The position numbers and the translations under genes are program-made. From the NCBI GenBank assembly GCA_002189035.1, contig NEEC01000004.1, positions 1,364,001-1,428,000 of the forward strand: 64,000 nt of DNA. The letters are read 5' to 3'. The notes beneath the pieces are model-generated. The model worked only from the letters and a program-made list of their open reading frames with translations, searched no databases and was not told the DNA's origin. Positions 1 through 11,736 of the stretch are shown here, piece after piece; position 1 is the stretch's first letter, and each line of letters opens with the position of its first letter. The stretch comes from Utricularia gibba (taxonomy: Eukaryota > Plantae > Magnoliophyta).

Positions 1-221
1 CTGCTGCATAACCATGAAGGCAAGTGAATGTTAAAGAATTCAACAAGGAGTTACTACAGACATACCAACATGCATTTCCTACAATTAGTTACAGTGAATC
101 AGGGGGCTCAAAAAACCTGACGTGCAGATGGAGCTTCTTCCTTGCTAAATTCCAAAACCGGGTGCACAGATGGAATGCGGAGTCCAGACTCTATACCCTT
201 GTGGAGATCAGTAAGAGATCC

Positions 222-2077
222 TTAAGAAACATATACCCTTACGGAGCCTCTGACTGACTGCCTACAGACGGGGCAAAGGGGTGCGGTTTCTCGTTCTATT
301 GTGAAGGCACAGCGTTGGCAGCAGACAAGATGACCACAAGGGGTGAAGGCAACTCGCCGCCTATGCATCACACAGACCACACATAATTCACCATCAGGAA
401 CATCACCAGAGTCTTCTTCTGCCGTGCTCTCGGGAGGAGGAGCTTGGCTGGTCATCGAGCTACTTGCAGATCGGAGATGCCTCCGTTCCTTCCATCTTCT
501 CCAATGCCTGTAAGCCAACTGGTCAGCAATGTGGTATACAATGGACTGGGTTGTAAACCTAATATAAGTGCGGGTTTTCAGCAATGTACCTGCGCATAGA
601 GTAACCCAAGATGCCTACAGCAAGGGAACCGAGAACTAAACCACTGCACATCAGAACTTTCATCTTTAAGGAAATATCTGAAACCATTTGACTCTTAGTC
701 TTCTCAGACCTAGGCATATGCATTGCAAACATTTGTGAGAAGGGAAAACCAATATAACTAGCAAAGAAAAATTAAATAAACAACATCTAAACAAAGTTGC
801 ATACAAGAAATATGGAAGATCATCGCATGATTCAATCTCTAAAGTCCCATGATCCTTTGGACGACAAATGCCAATAGCAGTTATTTCCTTGCCAAAAGGT
901 AGTATCTTCTCTTCATATAGAACTCCAACCTGCGAGAACGCTAAGTTAATATCGATTTGGGAGAAGTTCCAAATGACATTAAAGTGACGAAAAACTTACT
1001 GGATACTTAATACCCGCCAACGCACAAAATATACTGAAGGAGTGGCACCAGTTGCCTGAAAGTCCTGATAAACTGCCTTAAGGGTAGTGGATGCGTTGAT
1101 CCCTCAAGATTGACAAGAACAAAGTCAGGCAGTGATGGGTTCCCTGGGTCAACCAGAACAAAAGGAACCTGAGAAGGAGGCATGTTCTTAGAATATTAAA
1201 CATAAAAAATCAATGAATCCATCGGTTGCTTCAAGCTCAAGCTTGCACTTCCGAACAAAAAATAGATCAGGACAATGTCAGCAACTATTTGACATGACGT
1301 TCACATAGATTCAAAAGTAACAAATGCGAAACTCATACTAAATACAAAGTAATTCCATATTCAGTGGATCAGCCAGAAATGGACTTACCTTCTTCAAAAT
1401 GAGTGACTGTTTTTCGCCCCAGGAGCTTGAAATAATCGACCAAAGATCAGAAGTCCACGCAAAAGCTCTCCTCCATTCGTTGTAAACACACTTTTAGACA
1501 GAAAAAAAAAAACAAAGTAAAATTAGTGAAACATATTTTTTTGCCACAAAATTTTAAGCTATCAACAAGTTTCCAGTCCCCATACTACTTCCAAATCACT
1601 CTATGCATGCGGAATGCAGAATTAAGAAGTTCAAAATTCTATAACTTGAAGCGAAAACCCCACCAACTGATCACAACAAGAAATCACTGAATTGGTACCA
1701 TATACAAACAATCGCCAAAGAAATGCAGAACTCACCGTTTGAGACTGCTCCAAAACAACACCCTTCTCCCCGGATTGCGGAGAAATAACAAAACTGTTGC
1801 CCTTCCGATCCCCCTTCGCAGCTTCCACGACACCTCTAACAATCACCAATTTTCCAGAACCGACACCATCTTCCCGATCATCATATCCTGAAAGGATGGT
1901 GCGGAGGTCGGTAGGTTTCACTTCCGACGCTGATTGGATCTCTAGCCGAGCAGATGAAAATTGGGTGTACTTCTGGATGCAACGATACGCTACGTATGCA
2001 ACTCCAACGCCGAGAAACGCACCGTCCGCCGATACCGCTAGCTGCGCCACAACCGCTACTATACGATCATATGACAT
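222..2077 (-). CDS. SPL2: SP1-like/MUL1-type E3 ubiquitin ligase (TM + GIDE domain + C-terminal C3HC4 RING), multi-exon
   Basis: ATG at 2077 with N-terminal TM (AFLGVGVAYVAY). GIDE-like exons (KLVIVRGVVEA, VPFVLVD...HPLPLRAVY). RING CVVC...PCGHLVCCQRC...CPVC ends at TAA 222. One apparent -1 deletion near 1037 (repair gives FSIFCALAGIKYP). Confidence 0.85.
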
Positions 2078-2543
2078 GGCTTCAGTAGCCCAATACCGCT
2101 CGCTCTAGCGTCAGTTATCGGAATATTACCCGGCAAGTTTCTCCGGTCGTATAATCGTGAGGTCGTCAGAAACCCCTCCGACGGTCAAATGGCAACATTT
2201 GGGCCATTAGCGACCCAAGTGCATTAGCGAATCTTTTCTTTTTGGACAAGAAAAAAGCCCATCGTAATTTACAATTTACATTAAAAATTACTTTAATCAC
2301 AATTTAATATATAAAGATACCTCAATAAACACGCAACAAAAATGCCTAAATTAAAAATTGAAAGCCGTAATTATTTTCATTTTTCATAATATTTTTATAA
2401 TTTATAATACATATAACTAAAAATTAATAAACTCAATCAGTTAAAATAAATTAAACACAGGAATATATACACAAGAAACCACTTCTAAACTTACAGATGT
2501 TTTTTTTTTTTTTTTTTCTACAAGAGCAACAGAGCAAGTTACA

Positions 2544-5422
2544 TCAAGGAGCTGCAGGCACCACGGGTCGCCGAGGTTGCAAACCACCGCCGTTGTCGTA
2601 CATCCGCTGGATTTCCTTGCGGTACACCGTCAGCGACTCCGACGGGATGGCCGGAGTTAGCTCCACGACATCCCCCATTTTCAGATTCTGCGAGGGATCG
2701 ACCACCGGCCTGTGGTTCAGCTGGGGCATAAGCTTCTCCTTCAGATGAAAAGCACTCGATAAGCCTGTTCCCATGCAACTGCCTCGCCCGTTCGTTTCCA
2801 GGAGATCCATCATGGAGGATTCTGCAGGGTACTCTTGCACGGACATCTGAGATGAACTCAAAATCAGACAACTGAAATGGGGTTCTGTGAGAAAACGCAA
2901 GCAGGCAGGGAGGGAGATCGAACCTTTTCGTTCTCGATCAGGATGACGAAGATTCGACCATCGGACCGGAGTGGAGGTTGCAGGAAAAGGAGCAGTCCTT
3001 GGAGTGAGCTGGGAATGTGCACTGTGGCTTGATGGAGTCGACGAAAGCAATGGAAGATCCATCCTTGCACATTTCCTCACACTGCCATGAAACGACCCAA
3101 CGCGCCCATTCGACCATCTGTAAGATGAAGGAAGACTGCTTCCCACCTTCTTTGTATCTCCAGTGAGCAGCCAGGCCATACTCGGCTTGAAGATGCATCT
3201 CTTTCGTTCGGATTTGAACTTCTAGGGGACCGTACCTTCACCTTCGACTACTGTATGCAGAGATTGATACCCATTGAACTTTGGATGGATGATATAGTCC
3301 TTGAATTTTCCAGGAACTTCATGCCATAGTTGGTGGACAAGTTTCAGAGCTTTATAACAGTCTTCTTCATTCTCGACAATCAATCGTAATCCGTAAATAT
3401 CATGAATCTCATCGATGCTCAGCTTCTTCCTATAAAAGAAAGCCCATGCAGAGTTGGTTATTCCCAGATTTAAAGAAAAAAAATGTAAGGAAAAGCATTA
3501 CTTTGATCACCACAGCAAACCAACGGAATCAAACTCAGTACATGGTTTTTTAATCCAGAATAAACAGGAGCATATTGACTGAAAAATGGACACGAGAGTT
3601 GGAGGAGTACATACTTCAGCATCTTGCAATGGATGCTATATAGGCTTTTGTGTCTGCCAGACAGTGAATGAAAGGAAATTCCTTCAGCCTTCAATGCCAG
3701 TTCAAGCTTTGCAGAGGAGGAACTTATCACAGACTTGTCAAAAGACTTAACAAAGGAGCACAATTCTTCATGATTATCCGGGTAAAGATACTTGAAACAC
3801 AGATTTTCGAGCTCATCCTTCCATGTCCAAATCCCTAATCTATTGGCAAGTGGAACAAATATTTCCAAAGTTTCCTTGGAGATCCTTTGCTGCTTGATTA
3901 AAGGTAATGCATCCAACGTTTGCATATTATGAAGACGATCAGCAAGCTTTATCAGAACGGCCCTAGCATCTGCCATAGCAAGGAACATAGTATGCAGCCT
4001 GTCTGCTTCCACAGTTTTACTGGCAGTGTTGTTCTCCCGCGCCAACTTACTCAGTTGACTGAGCTTTGATACCTGGAAGGAGAATAACAGCATTATCACC
4101 ATAACTAAATAAAGCAGACACCAAAACAACCAGCGTTTACTAGCACACAGTAATATGCTTAAGAGATCAGCCAACATCTAGAAAACAAGACAAGGATAAT
4201 GAACATTATAACATTGGAAAGTACATAGAAAATGCAGCAGCTAATAGCCCCCAAGCAAACAAAAGACCCCTGCGGGTGACTACAACACTGAAATCAAACA
4301 ACACCAAGATCACCCTCCAGCACAAGCAAAACAAAGCCTTTAAATGAAGTCATCATCAAGTAATCTGCAATCTCAACATTTCATCCCCAGATTGAACCGG
4401 CTAACAACTGGTCATGAGTCTCCTACAGTGTAAATATCTATGCCCACAACAGATAGAAAAGGGAAATTCAGTTGCTCTCACCCCCTCAACTAAATCAGCA
4501 ACTTGTACACCAAGAGAGGCGGAAATGTCGTGGTATGTGACTAAAGAATCATCAATGGTGTCGTGCAAAAGCCTGCAGCAACAACTGTCGAAGTTGCGCC
4601 AATGTTTGCCAGCATGAGAGCTGTTTCAACGCAATGATTCAAATAAGGATGACCACTCGCCCGCTTCTGCACATTTCATAAACGTCAAAAGAGTCAGGAT
4701 GAAAAACCGCCTGATCCATACAAAACACCATGTGAATCTAAAAGAAATATACCTGGCCTCTATGAGCCTTCTCTGCTAAATAAAAAGCCTTGACAACCAT
4801 ATCATCCATGAAAATGCTATGCCCGGATTGCAGACCGACGAGCAAATCTTTAGAGTCGGAAGGCGCGTCAAACTCGTCATCCATATTGAAAGTAAGATCA
4901 TCTGTAGGTAGAGCAATCGAGGGGGACACCAATCGACGTCCTTGAAATTCATTTGCAATGCGTTTCCCACGAATCCATTAAACATTCCCCCACTTCTAGA
5001 CCTTACTGTGCCTAAATCCGCATTCATTCTCGTGGAGGGGAAGCCCGAGACCCAGATCCCACTGAATTTTCAAACCCATGAAGAACAGAGACTGGACTTT
5101 GATGAGGCTGATCTCTCTTCAACGACGAGCTTAACGAAGAATACCGATAAGAAGAACCCAATTTCTCCGATCTATCGTGCCATTGGGAACCCAATTCTTC
5201 GCCCCCAGAGGAAGAACTAGATGATTTAACCTGGGGCGAGGAAAACAAGCATGATAGGCCTCCAACGAAAGATTTTTGCCCAGGGGATGCGGATGCGGAC
5301 GCCGTCGACGTGGAGCGGCCATTGACATCTAGATCATACGATACATGAGAGCTGATTTGGTGAGAAGCTGAGCAGACGCTGCCAGACGAACTGGCATATA
5401 GGGCAATAGTCGAAACGCCCAT
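2544..5422 (-). CDS. RSH3: RelA/SpoT homolog, plastid (p)ppGpp synthase/hydrolase, RSH2/RSH3 clade
   Basis: [11 protein letters not shown] start. HD domain ([27 protein letters not shown]) and synthetase motifs ([29 protein letters not shown]). C-terminal [12 protein letters not shown]. Three -1 frameshifts at ~5030, ~4932 and ~2978. Confidence 0.9.
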
Positions 5423-5684
5423 GAATTGCAGTTTTCGTGCTTGCGTCTACCAATTTTGAGCACCCAGAAGCTAAATTCAAGCCCCAGCCCCAAAATTTTC
5501 TTTTGTCGGTTGATTGCAAAGGCAATAGATGAAAAACCACAGAATCTTCGGGGATCAGGAGGAAGAAAACTGGGAAAAATTGCCAATACAAATCAAGGCA
5601 CAGAGTGGAACAATAAAGAATGTTTTGAGATCCCTTAAAAAAATCGAAGGGAAATGAGAAGAGTCAACAACGGTATACGTAACC

Positions 5685-5789
5685 GGAGAACGCGTTGCAG
5701 AAGGTACACGTAGGGAAATAGGGTTTATTTAATACCGCACTGGGCCCTTCAAAAATTGCAGGAGAACGCGTTGAAGAAGCTACACGTAG
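5685..5789. promoter_or_regulatory. Two copies of a 29-bp module carrying AACGCGTT (CGCG box/RSRE) plus ACACGT, upstream of RSH
   Basis: GGAGAACGCGTTGCAGAAGGTACACGTAG (5685-5713) and GGAGAACGCGTTGAAGAAGCTACACGTAG (5761-5789), 27/29 identical. Confidence 0.6.
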
Positions 5790-7320
5790 CTTCACGGCGT
5801 CACGGTTGCTTAAAACCGGCGTATTCGGAGGTGGAAAGGTGACTTCGTGGGCGCATGATTTACAGGCATCGTGAAAGATTGTTTCTTTATGTGCAAATCG
5901 CCTGTGTTTTCCGATCACCCGTTGAATCCAACCGACAACCCTTGAGGGCCCTACTCGCCTTCCACTTCCGGTTAGACGGGGGTGGAAGGCAAAACCCAAC
6001 AACGGCCGGCGTATTTGGTGTTGTGTTCTACTGTATCAATTAGCGTCTACTAATCATCGTGTCTAAATTGGATTCCTTTCACGCTGCTGTCGCATTCGCC
6101 CACGTTATCAGCTGCTTGTTCGGAAATGACGATCATGTGGCGGATGGGCCAGACGCCAAGATTCCACGGCCACACATACAAAAATCTTGCCAATCAAGAG
6201 ATCCTCGCCGGCCGATTCACTTGCGCCTCCTTTTGACGGCTCAGATCGCACACAGTGATTCTGGTCAAACTTCAGTTGATGTTGATGATACCCCGGTTCC
6301 AAGTCCACTAAAATCTCCACGTTTTATGGGTTTTCTTTGTGGCCCTGATCGAAATATTTCACCTTTCGAACTCTCCCATTGGCTATCTGATCGCTTTGTT
6401 TAGAATCGACGCTATTCATTGACAATGTGCATTTGCAAAGGTTAAGCAGGGCAGCATCATCTTCCCCAAGTTGGAAGAAGAAAAGATCCAGTTTTTTTGT
6501 GCAAAGTCGGATAGATAAGAGAAATCACATCCCATAGCCTGTTGCTAAGATGCTAGTAGGAGAAGATACATCATCCAGTTGTCAACATATTCACCAAGTC
6601 ACTTTCTTGCCTCCGATGTCTAAGTTGTGTCGTATCTGTGTGTGTTACCTGGTTAGAACCCGGAAGTCACTCTCGGTGAATGTCCTCTGAGAACGTCGGC
6701 GCAAACAAAAACCTTCACTAGGTGGTGCTGTTGCCAGTAAATTGTAGGTGCTGTTAAACGAGCAATCCGATTGGGGAGTAATAAATAGAGCTAGAAAAAT
6801 GCGAATCACTGTTTTTTTTGGCTCGGAGATTCCTGGAAAATTTGATTTTCTCCTAAAAAAGTCTCCGGTGATGAGCATCTCCGGTTGCCGGAATATGACA
6901 CCCACTTTCCATAAATATAAAGTGTTTGTTATCAAACTGGTTACGTCACACAGAAATGTAACGGGAACCGTTGATTCGGTGACCCCAAAGCTATTGCCAT
7001 CGTTAGACTCAATAAATTCGATTTTTTGGTCACATCTCTGGCTTCCCACAGGGAGTTCGCAGCCAACACGTCTCTTCTTCTTGTCCTTCTTTCCATTGTG
7101 ATTACCTTTTGCCTGTATCTCGATCTCACTGTAAGTAACTCCTTTATCAAACTCGAAACGCATTCCCCTCCCAAATGTCTGAATTGAGTATCACTTCCCC
7201 AACTAACGGTACAACCCAGCTGTGGATTTGTTGTCTCGCGTTTTTTTTTTGAGCTTCGTCGATTCGACTGTGGTGCTTTGTTCATCAGTTGTTTTTATGG
7301 GGTTTTCTTGATTCGTAGAT

Positions 7321-10205
7321 ATGAGTTTCGGAAGGAAGGATTTCGAATTCTTGAAGGAGCTGGGACTGGGCTATCGGAATTTGGGGTGTTATATTCATGG
7401 CGCATGGAAAGGGAGCGGCCCTGTTGTTGTTACCTCAAATCCAGCAGATAACCAGGTTTTAGATCTAATGCTCTTGATTGTGCTGCATAACTGGTATATG
7501 AGAGTGAGCTAGAGTACACATTGTTATGTATCGCGATGACATTCATCTACGAGTTCCAGCTGTTTTTTATGTTTCCGTGAGCTGATTTTGGGTGAACCAT
7601 TGTCATTCTCAAATCTGAAGTGATTTCTTGTGCTTCTCATTGTGTTTTTACCTGTCCATGGCTCAGCCTATTGCTGAAGTCATTGAAGCATCCATGAGCG
7701 ATTATGAGGAAGCAATGCAAGCATGTGCACATGCCTCGAAGATTTGGATGCAGGTTGTACATCTATATTGGAATCTGCTTGCTCTCAGATCATTGATTCT
7801 TATTTGCTTGGCTAGTAATTTGCTACCATATAACTATCTTCATAATGTTTCAGATTCCAGCACCTAAAAGGGGCGAAGTTGTTAGGCAAATTGGTGATGC
7901 GCTGAGAGCTAAGCTCCACCACCTTGGTCGACTTGTTTCTCTTGAAATGGGAAAGATACTTGCTGAAGGGATAGGTGAAGTTCAGGTACCTTTATATTGG
8001 GTTCTCCTTATCTTTCCATATCACTTGAAGGGGAAAACAGATAAATATAAAATTCTGTTGATTAACGCCCTCGCTTCTGGGCAATTTGGCATGCTAAAAT
8101 ATCACTTCATATGATTGCATTGCAGGAAATTATTGACATGTGTGACTTCGCTGTGGGGTTGAGCCGCCAGCTTAATGGATCTGTTATACCTTCTGAACGT
8201 AGGTTTTACCTTTTAAGTATTATTTATTAATGGCTCAACACTGTGTATTCACTTGTTTCATCATCTCATTCAACAGGGCCAAACCACACGATGCTGGAGG
8301 TATGACATTTTCGCCATCTGCTCTGTCAGAGGCTCTTTTTCTTCCACATTCTAACATCATTTTTGTAACATTCTGTCATGACAGATGTGGAATCCTTTAG
8401 GGATTGTAGGTGTCATTACAGCATTCAATTTCCCTTGTGCAGTTTTGGGTGAGTAGTTAAAAGTATATGACCATATTTTCGATTTATCGCAAAAATGTCG
8501 AAAACATGGCTGGCTTGAAAATGCTTCATGGCTCATCTTGTTTTCAATGGTAGGATGGAACGCATGCATAGCTCTTGTGTGTGGGAACTCTGTGGTTTGG
8601 TAAGTCCATCTTGTAGGATATCACAATTGACTTGTGATTCCCAGGATAGTTCCAACTTTTTTGGATTTTGTTGTTTCATTCCGCATCTATTTTTTTCAAG
8701 GAAGGGCGCTCCAACCACACCTCTGGTCACTATAGCATTGACAAAGATAATTGCTGGCGTACTGGAGAAAAACGGTTTACCAGGTGCAATATTCACAGCG
8801 TTCTGTGGAGGTGCACAAATCGGTGAAGCCATTGCAAAAGACACACGCATACCGCTTGTTTCATTCACTGGAAGTTCAAAGGTAATAGCTTCCATCACGG
8901 GTATTATTTACAATCTCAGATGCAGTGGAAAATACATAATCACCATGCCACAAATTCCATTGTTTTGGAAGAACACCTTTTCAGCCTTGCCTTTTTTTGT
9001 CTCAGGTGGGCCTGATGGTTCAGAAAACAGTGAATGAACGATATGGAAAATGCCTGCTTGAGTTAAGTGGGAACAATGCTATAATAGTCATGGATGATGC
9101 TGACATAGAACTTGCTGTCCGTGCTGTGCTGTTTGCCGCTGTCGGTACTGCTGGTCAGAGATGCACCACTTGTCGCAGACTGGTATGCTCTAGTACTTCA
9201 CTCTCCCTCTGTGGATTACATTGAGCAATGAATGAGCCTGATATTGAACTTCTAAACTGAAGCTACTTCATGAGAGTGTTTACCAAAAAGTAATCAGCCG
9301 CTTGATCGATGTGTACAAACAAGTGAAGGTTGGGAATCCATTGGAGAAAGGTATCCTTTGCGGCCCCCTCCATACTACTGCTTCTTTGCAGAACTTCGTC
9401 AAGGGAATCGAAAAGATTAAGTCCCAGGTTGGTTTTTTTGTGAAATCCTGAGTTTTTCATCTGGTTCTTGTATCCCCGGCTGACCGCAGTGAATCATGCG
9501 GTTGCTCCAGGGTGGGAAAATTGTCGCCGGTGGGAATGCCATAGAATCGGACGGCAACTTTGTGCAGCCAACTATAGTTGAGATTTCTCCCAGCGCTGAT
9601 GTCGTCAAGGAAGAGCTGTTTGCACCGGTTCTGTACGTCATGAAGTTTCAGGTAACATGTGCTTTCTTTCATGTTTCAACGTACTACGGCGTGTCGAATG
9701 CCTCCAATAACCTGATGCTTTATGCAGAATCTCAAGGAAGCGATTGAGATAAACAACTCTGTTCCTCAAGGTCTCAGCAGTTCCATCTTCACTCGCCGAC
9801 CCGAAATCATATTCAAGTGGATTGGGTTAGAGCTTCTGAATAGCACCCTGTTCATCTTCTTCTGTGGTTGTTGGGTCCTTCAATCCCCTTCTGATATGCA
9901 TGCAGGCCACAGGGCAGCGACTGTGGTATTGTGAACGTAAACATCCCCACAAACGGCGCCGAGATCGGAGGTGCCTTTGGCGGGGAAAAGGCGACCGGCG
10001 GCGGCCGTGAAGCTGGAAGTGATTCATGGAAGCAATACATGAGGCGGTCAACTTGGTAAGCAAACTATCCTCCACGCCGCTGCGTTTCTGCTACAGTCGA
10101 CTGACTGCTTTCTGATCTCGTCCGGCTCTTCCAAAAATCTGTCAACGCAGCACCATAAATTACGGCAGCGAGCTGCCGCTGGCGCAGGGAATCAACTTCG
10201 GGTGA
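7321..10205 (+). CDS. ALDH7B4: Aldehyde dehydrogenase family 7 (antiquitin), 14 coding exons
   Basis: [16 protein letters not shown] start; [42 protein letters not shown], catalytic [18 protein letters not shown]; ends [17 protein letters not shown]. All introns GT-AG. Probable 5'UTR intron 7131-7318. Confidence 0.95.
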
Positions 10206-11289
10206 CGGACGGAGGCGGAGGAAGGCCGGAGTAGGCGAATAAGCTAACCGTGGGGCTGAAGCACGCCGCGTCCAGATCAAGATGGCTTGTAACTCTGAAT
10301 TCGCTATTGAAACTTGGGATGGATGCGATCTTCTTCTGAATAAACGGATTGTGTTTGCCGTCCACTGTCGGGTTCAAAGCCCGGAGAACGATATCATTCA
10401 GGCCCGTTAAACGCGGCCCAAATAATCCATTAACTTCGGGATCAGAGATGGGCTTTATAATTCGATGCCCAGCCCATTATGATTGATTGAGCCCAAGTTC
10501 AATCTGGCGGATAAAAATAATTTAATTTATTTAAAAATGATATAAAAAATTAATTTTTTTATAGCCTTAGTGGGCGTCGATCATCTATCTCCCATTATAG
10601 CCTTCATACTAAATATATTAAGTGCAGGGATACACTTGTAACGTGGAATACACGTGCCCTTAAGGTCCTCAAGTTGTAATTGGTTGTGGTTTAGGACCGT
10701 TTCGTTATTTTTAGAATGGACGGCTCGAAGCCGCCGAACGGTCTTTTCCATGCATTCACATGATTCGTTGTGAGTGTTTGACAAAAGCTGTAAAAAACAT
10801 TGTTTTTCTTAATCATCTACAATAATTCGTGTGGTTGGATGGAAAAAAAAATCAATATTTTTTATAGCATTTTCAAACAATCATAAGATGTGTTGTGGAT
10901 ATTTAAAAATATAATTTTTATTTTTAATTAATTTTTAGTATATAAAACTGAGGTTTGAATCAAAATTGTAGATTTGGTTTGGTTCAAGTTTTATGATTCT
11001 GATTTCGATTTGAAACTAATTTGACATTGAACCGTGGTTGGGTAATATATGCCGAAACGGCCACAACACTTGGCCCTATCCCTTTCTCTTGGGGCATTTT
11101 TGCAATTTTCGATAAATGCTCATCAGCCATTCTTGCAAAATTGAGGGGTGAAAATGGAGTTCACGAATTTCTGTTTCGTTTTTTCCAGCTGACATTTGGA
11201 GGAGCTTCCTCGCAAAAACACTTTCTAGTATAAAGGCAATATTGTTTTTCCGATCGAAGGAGGCTATGGGCTTCAAGCAGCAGAGCATC

Positions 11290-11736
11290 TCAAACAGTGG
11301 GAAGAATCAGACCATTTTTGCTCCTGGGGGTATCCACTCTCCTCCTCAAAACATGCGTCAACGCGCGAATCATCCGAACCGCCGGATCCTGAGGCGGGGC
11401 CGCCGCCCGGAACTTGCTACAGAAAGTGAGATGCATCAGAAGCGCTTCCTCTGAGGTTATCACCTTCCCACACCGCAGTATTTCCTCCTTCACCGCCTCC
11501 CCGCAGAGCCCGCATATCCATTTTCCGCCGTAACTGTAACGAAGCCCAGAGACGATTCATTTGGTTGTCAGAAATCAGAAGGCAAACGGACAGCGAAACA
11601 ATCAACCGCGGTTCCACCTTGCGCGAATCTCTTCGATGTAGGAAGGGGTGCACTCTTCCGTGAGGCCACAGCAGTCGCAGTTCGCGAACTCAACCTCCGT
11701 CAAGGCAACTGAATCGCGGATTAAGCTCGTGGACAT
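11290..11736 (-). CDS. DUF1677 family protein, 2 coding exons if intron 11534-11617 is spliced
   Basis: EFANCDCCGLTEECTPSYIEEIRA|SYGGKWICGLCGEAVKEEILR...EEALLMHLTFCSKF matches the DUF1677 CxCCG...EECT...WICGLC signature. 5'UTR intron just upstream. Confidence 0.8.

Noticed and set aside
6000-7000. Relic of CCX4, TAF9 or USE1 expected from recalled synteny
   Set aside because: None of their characteristic motifs is visible in the frames I translated.
6941-7285. Minus-strand 114-aa ORF as an independent gene
   Set aside because: It overlaps the probable ALDH7B4 5'UTR exon and intron (GTAAGT at 7131, TTCGTAG at 7318) and has no recognisable motif.
9351-9358. GTATCCTT, a perfect U12 donor, in ALDH7B4
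   Set aside because: It lies inside a coding exon (KGILCGPLH) that is needed in frame.
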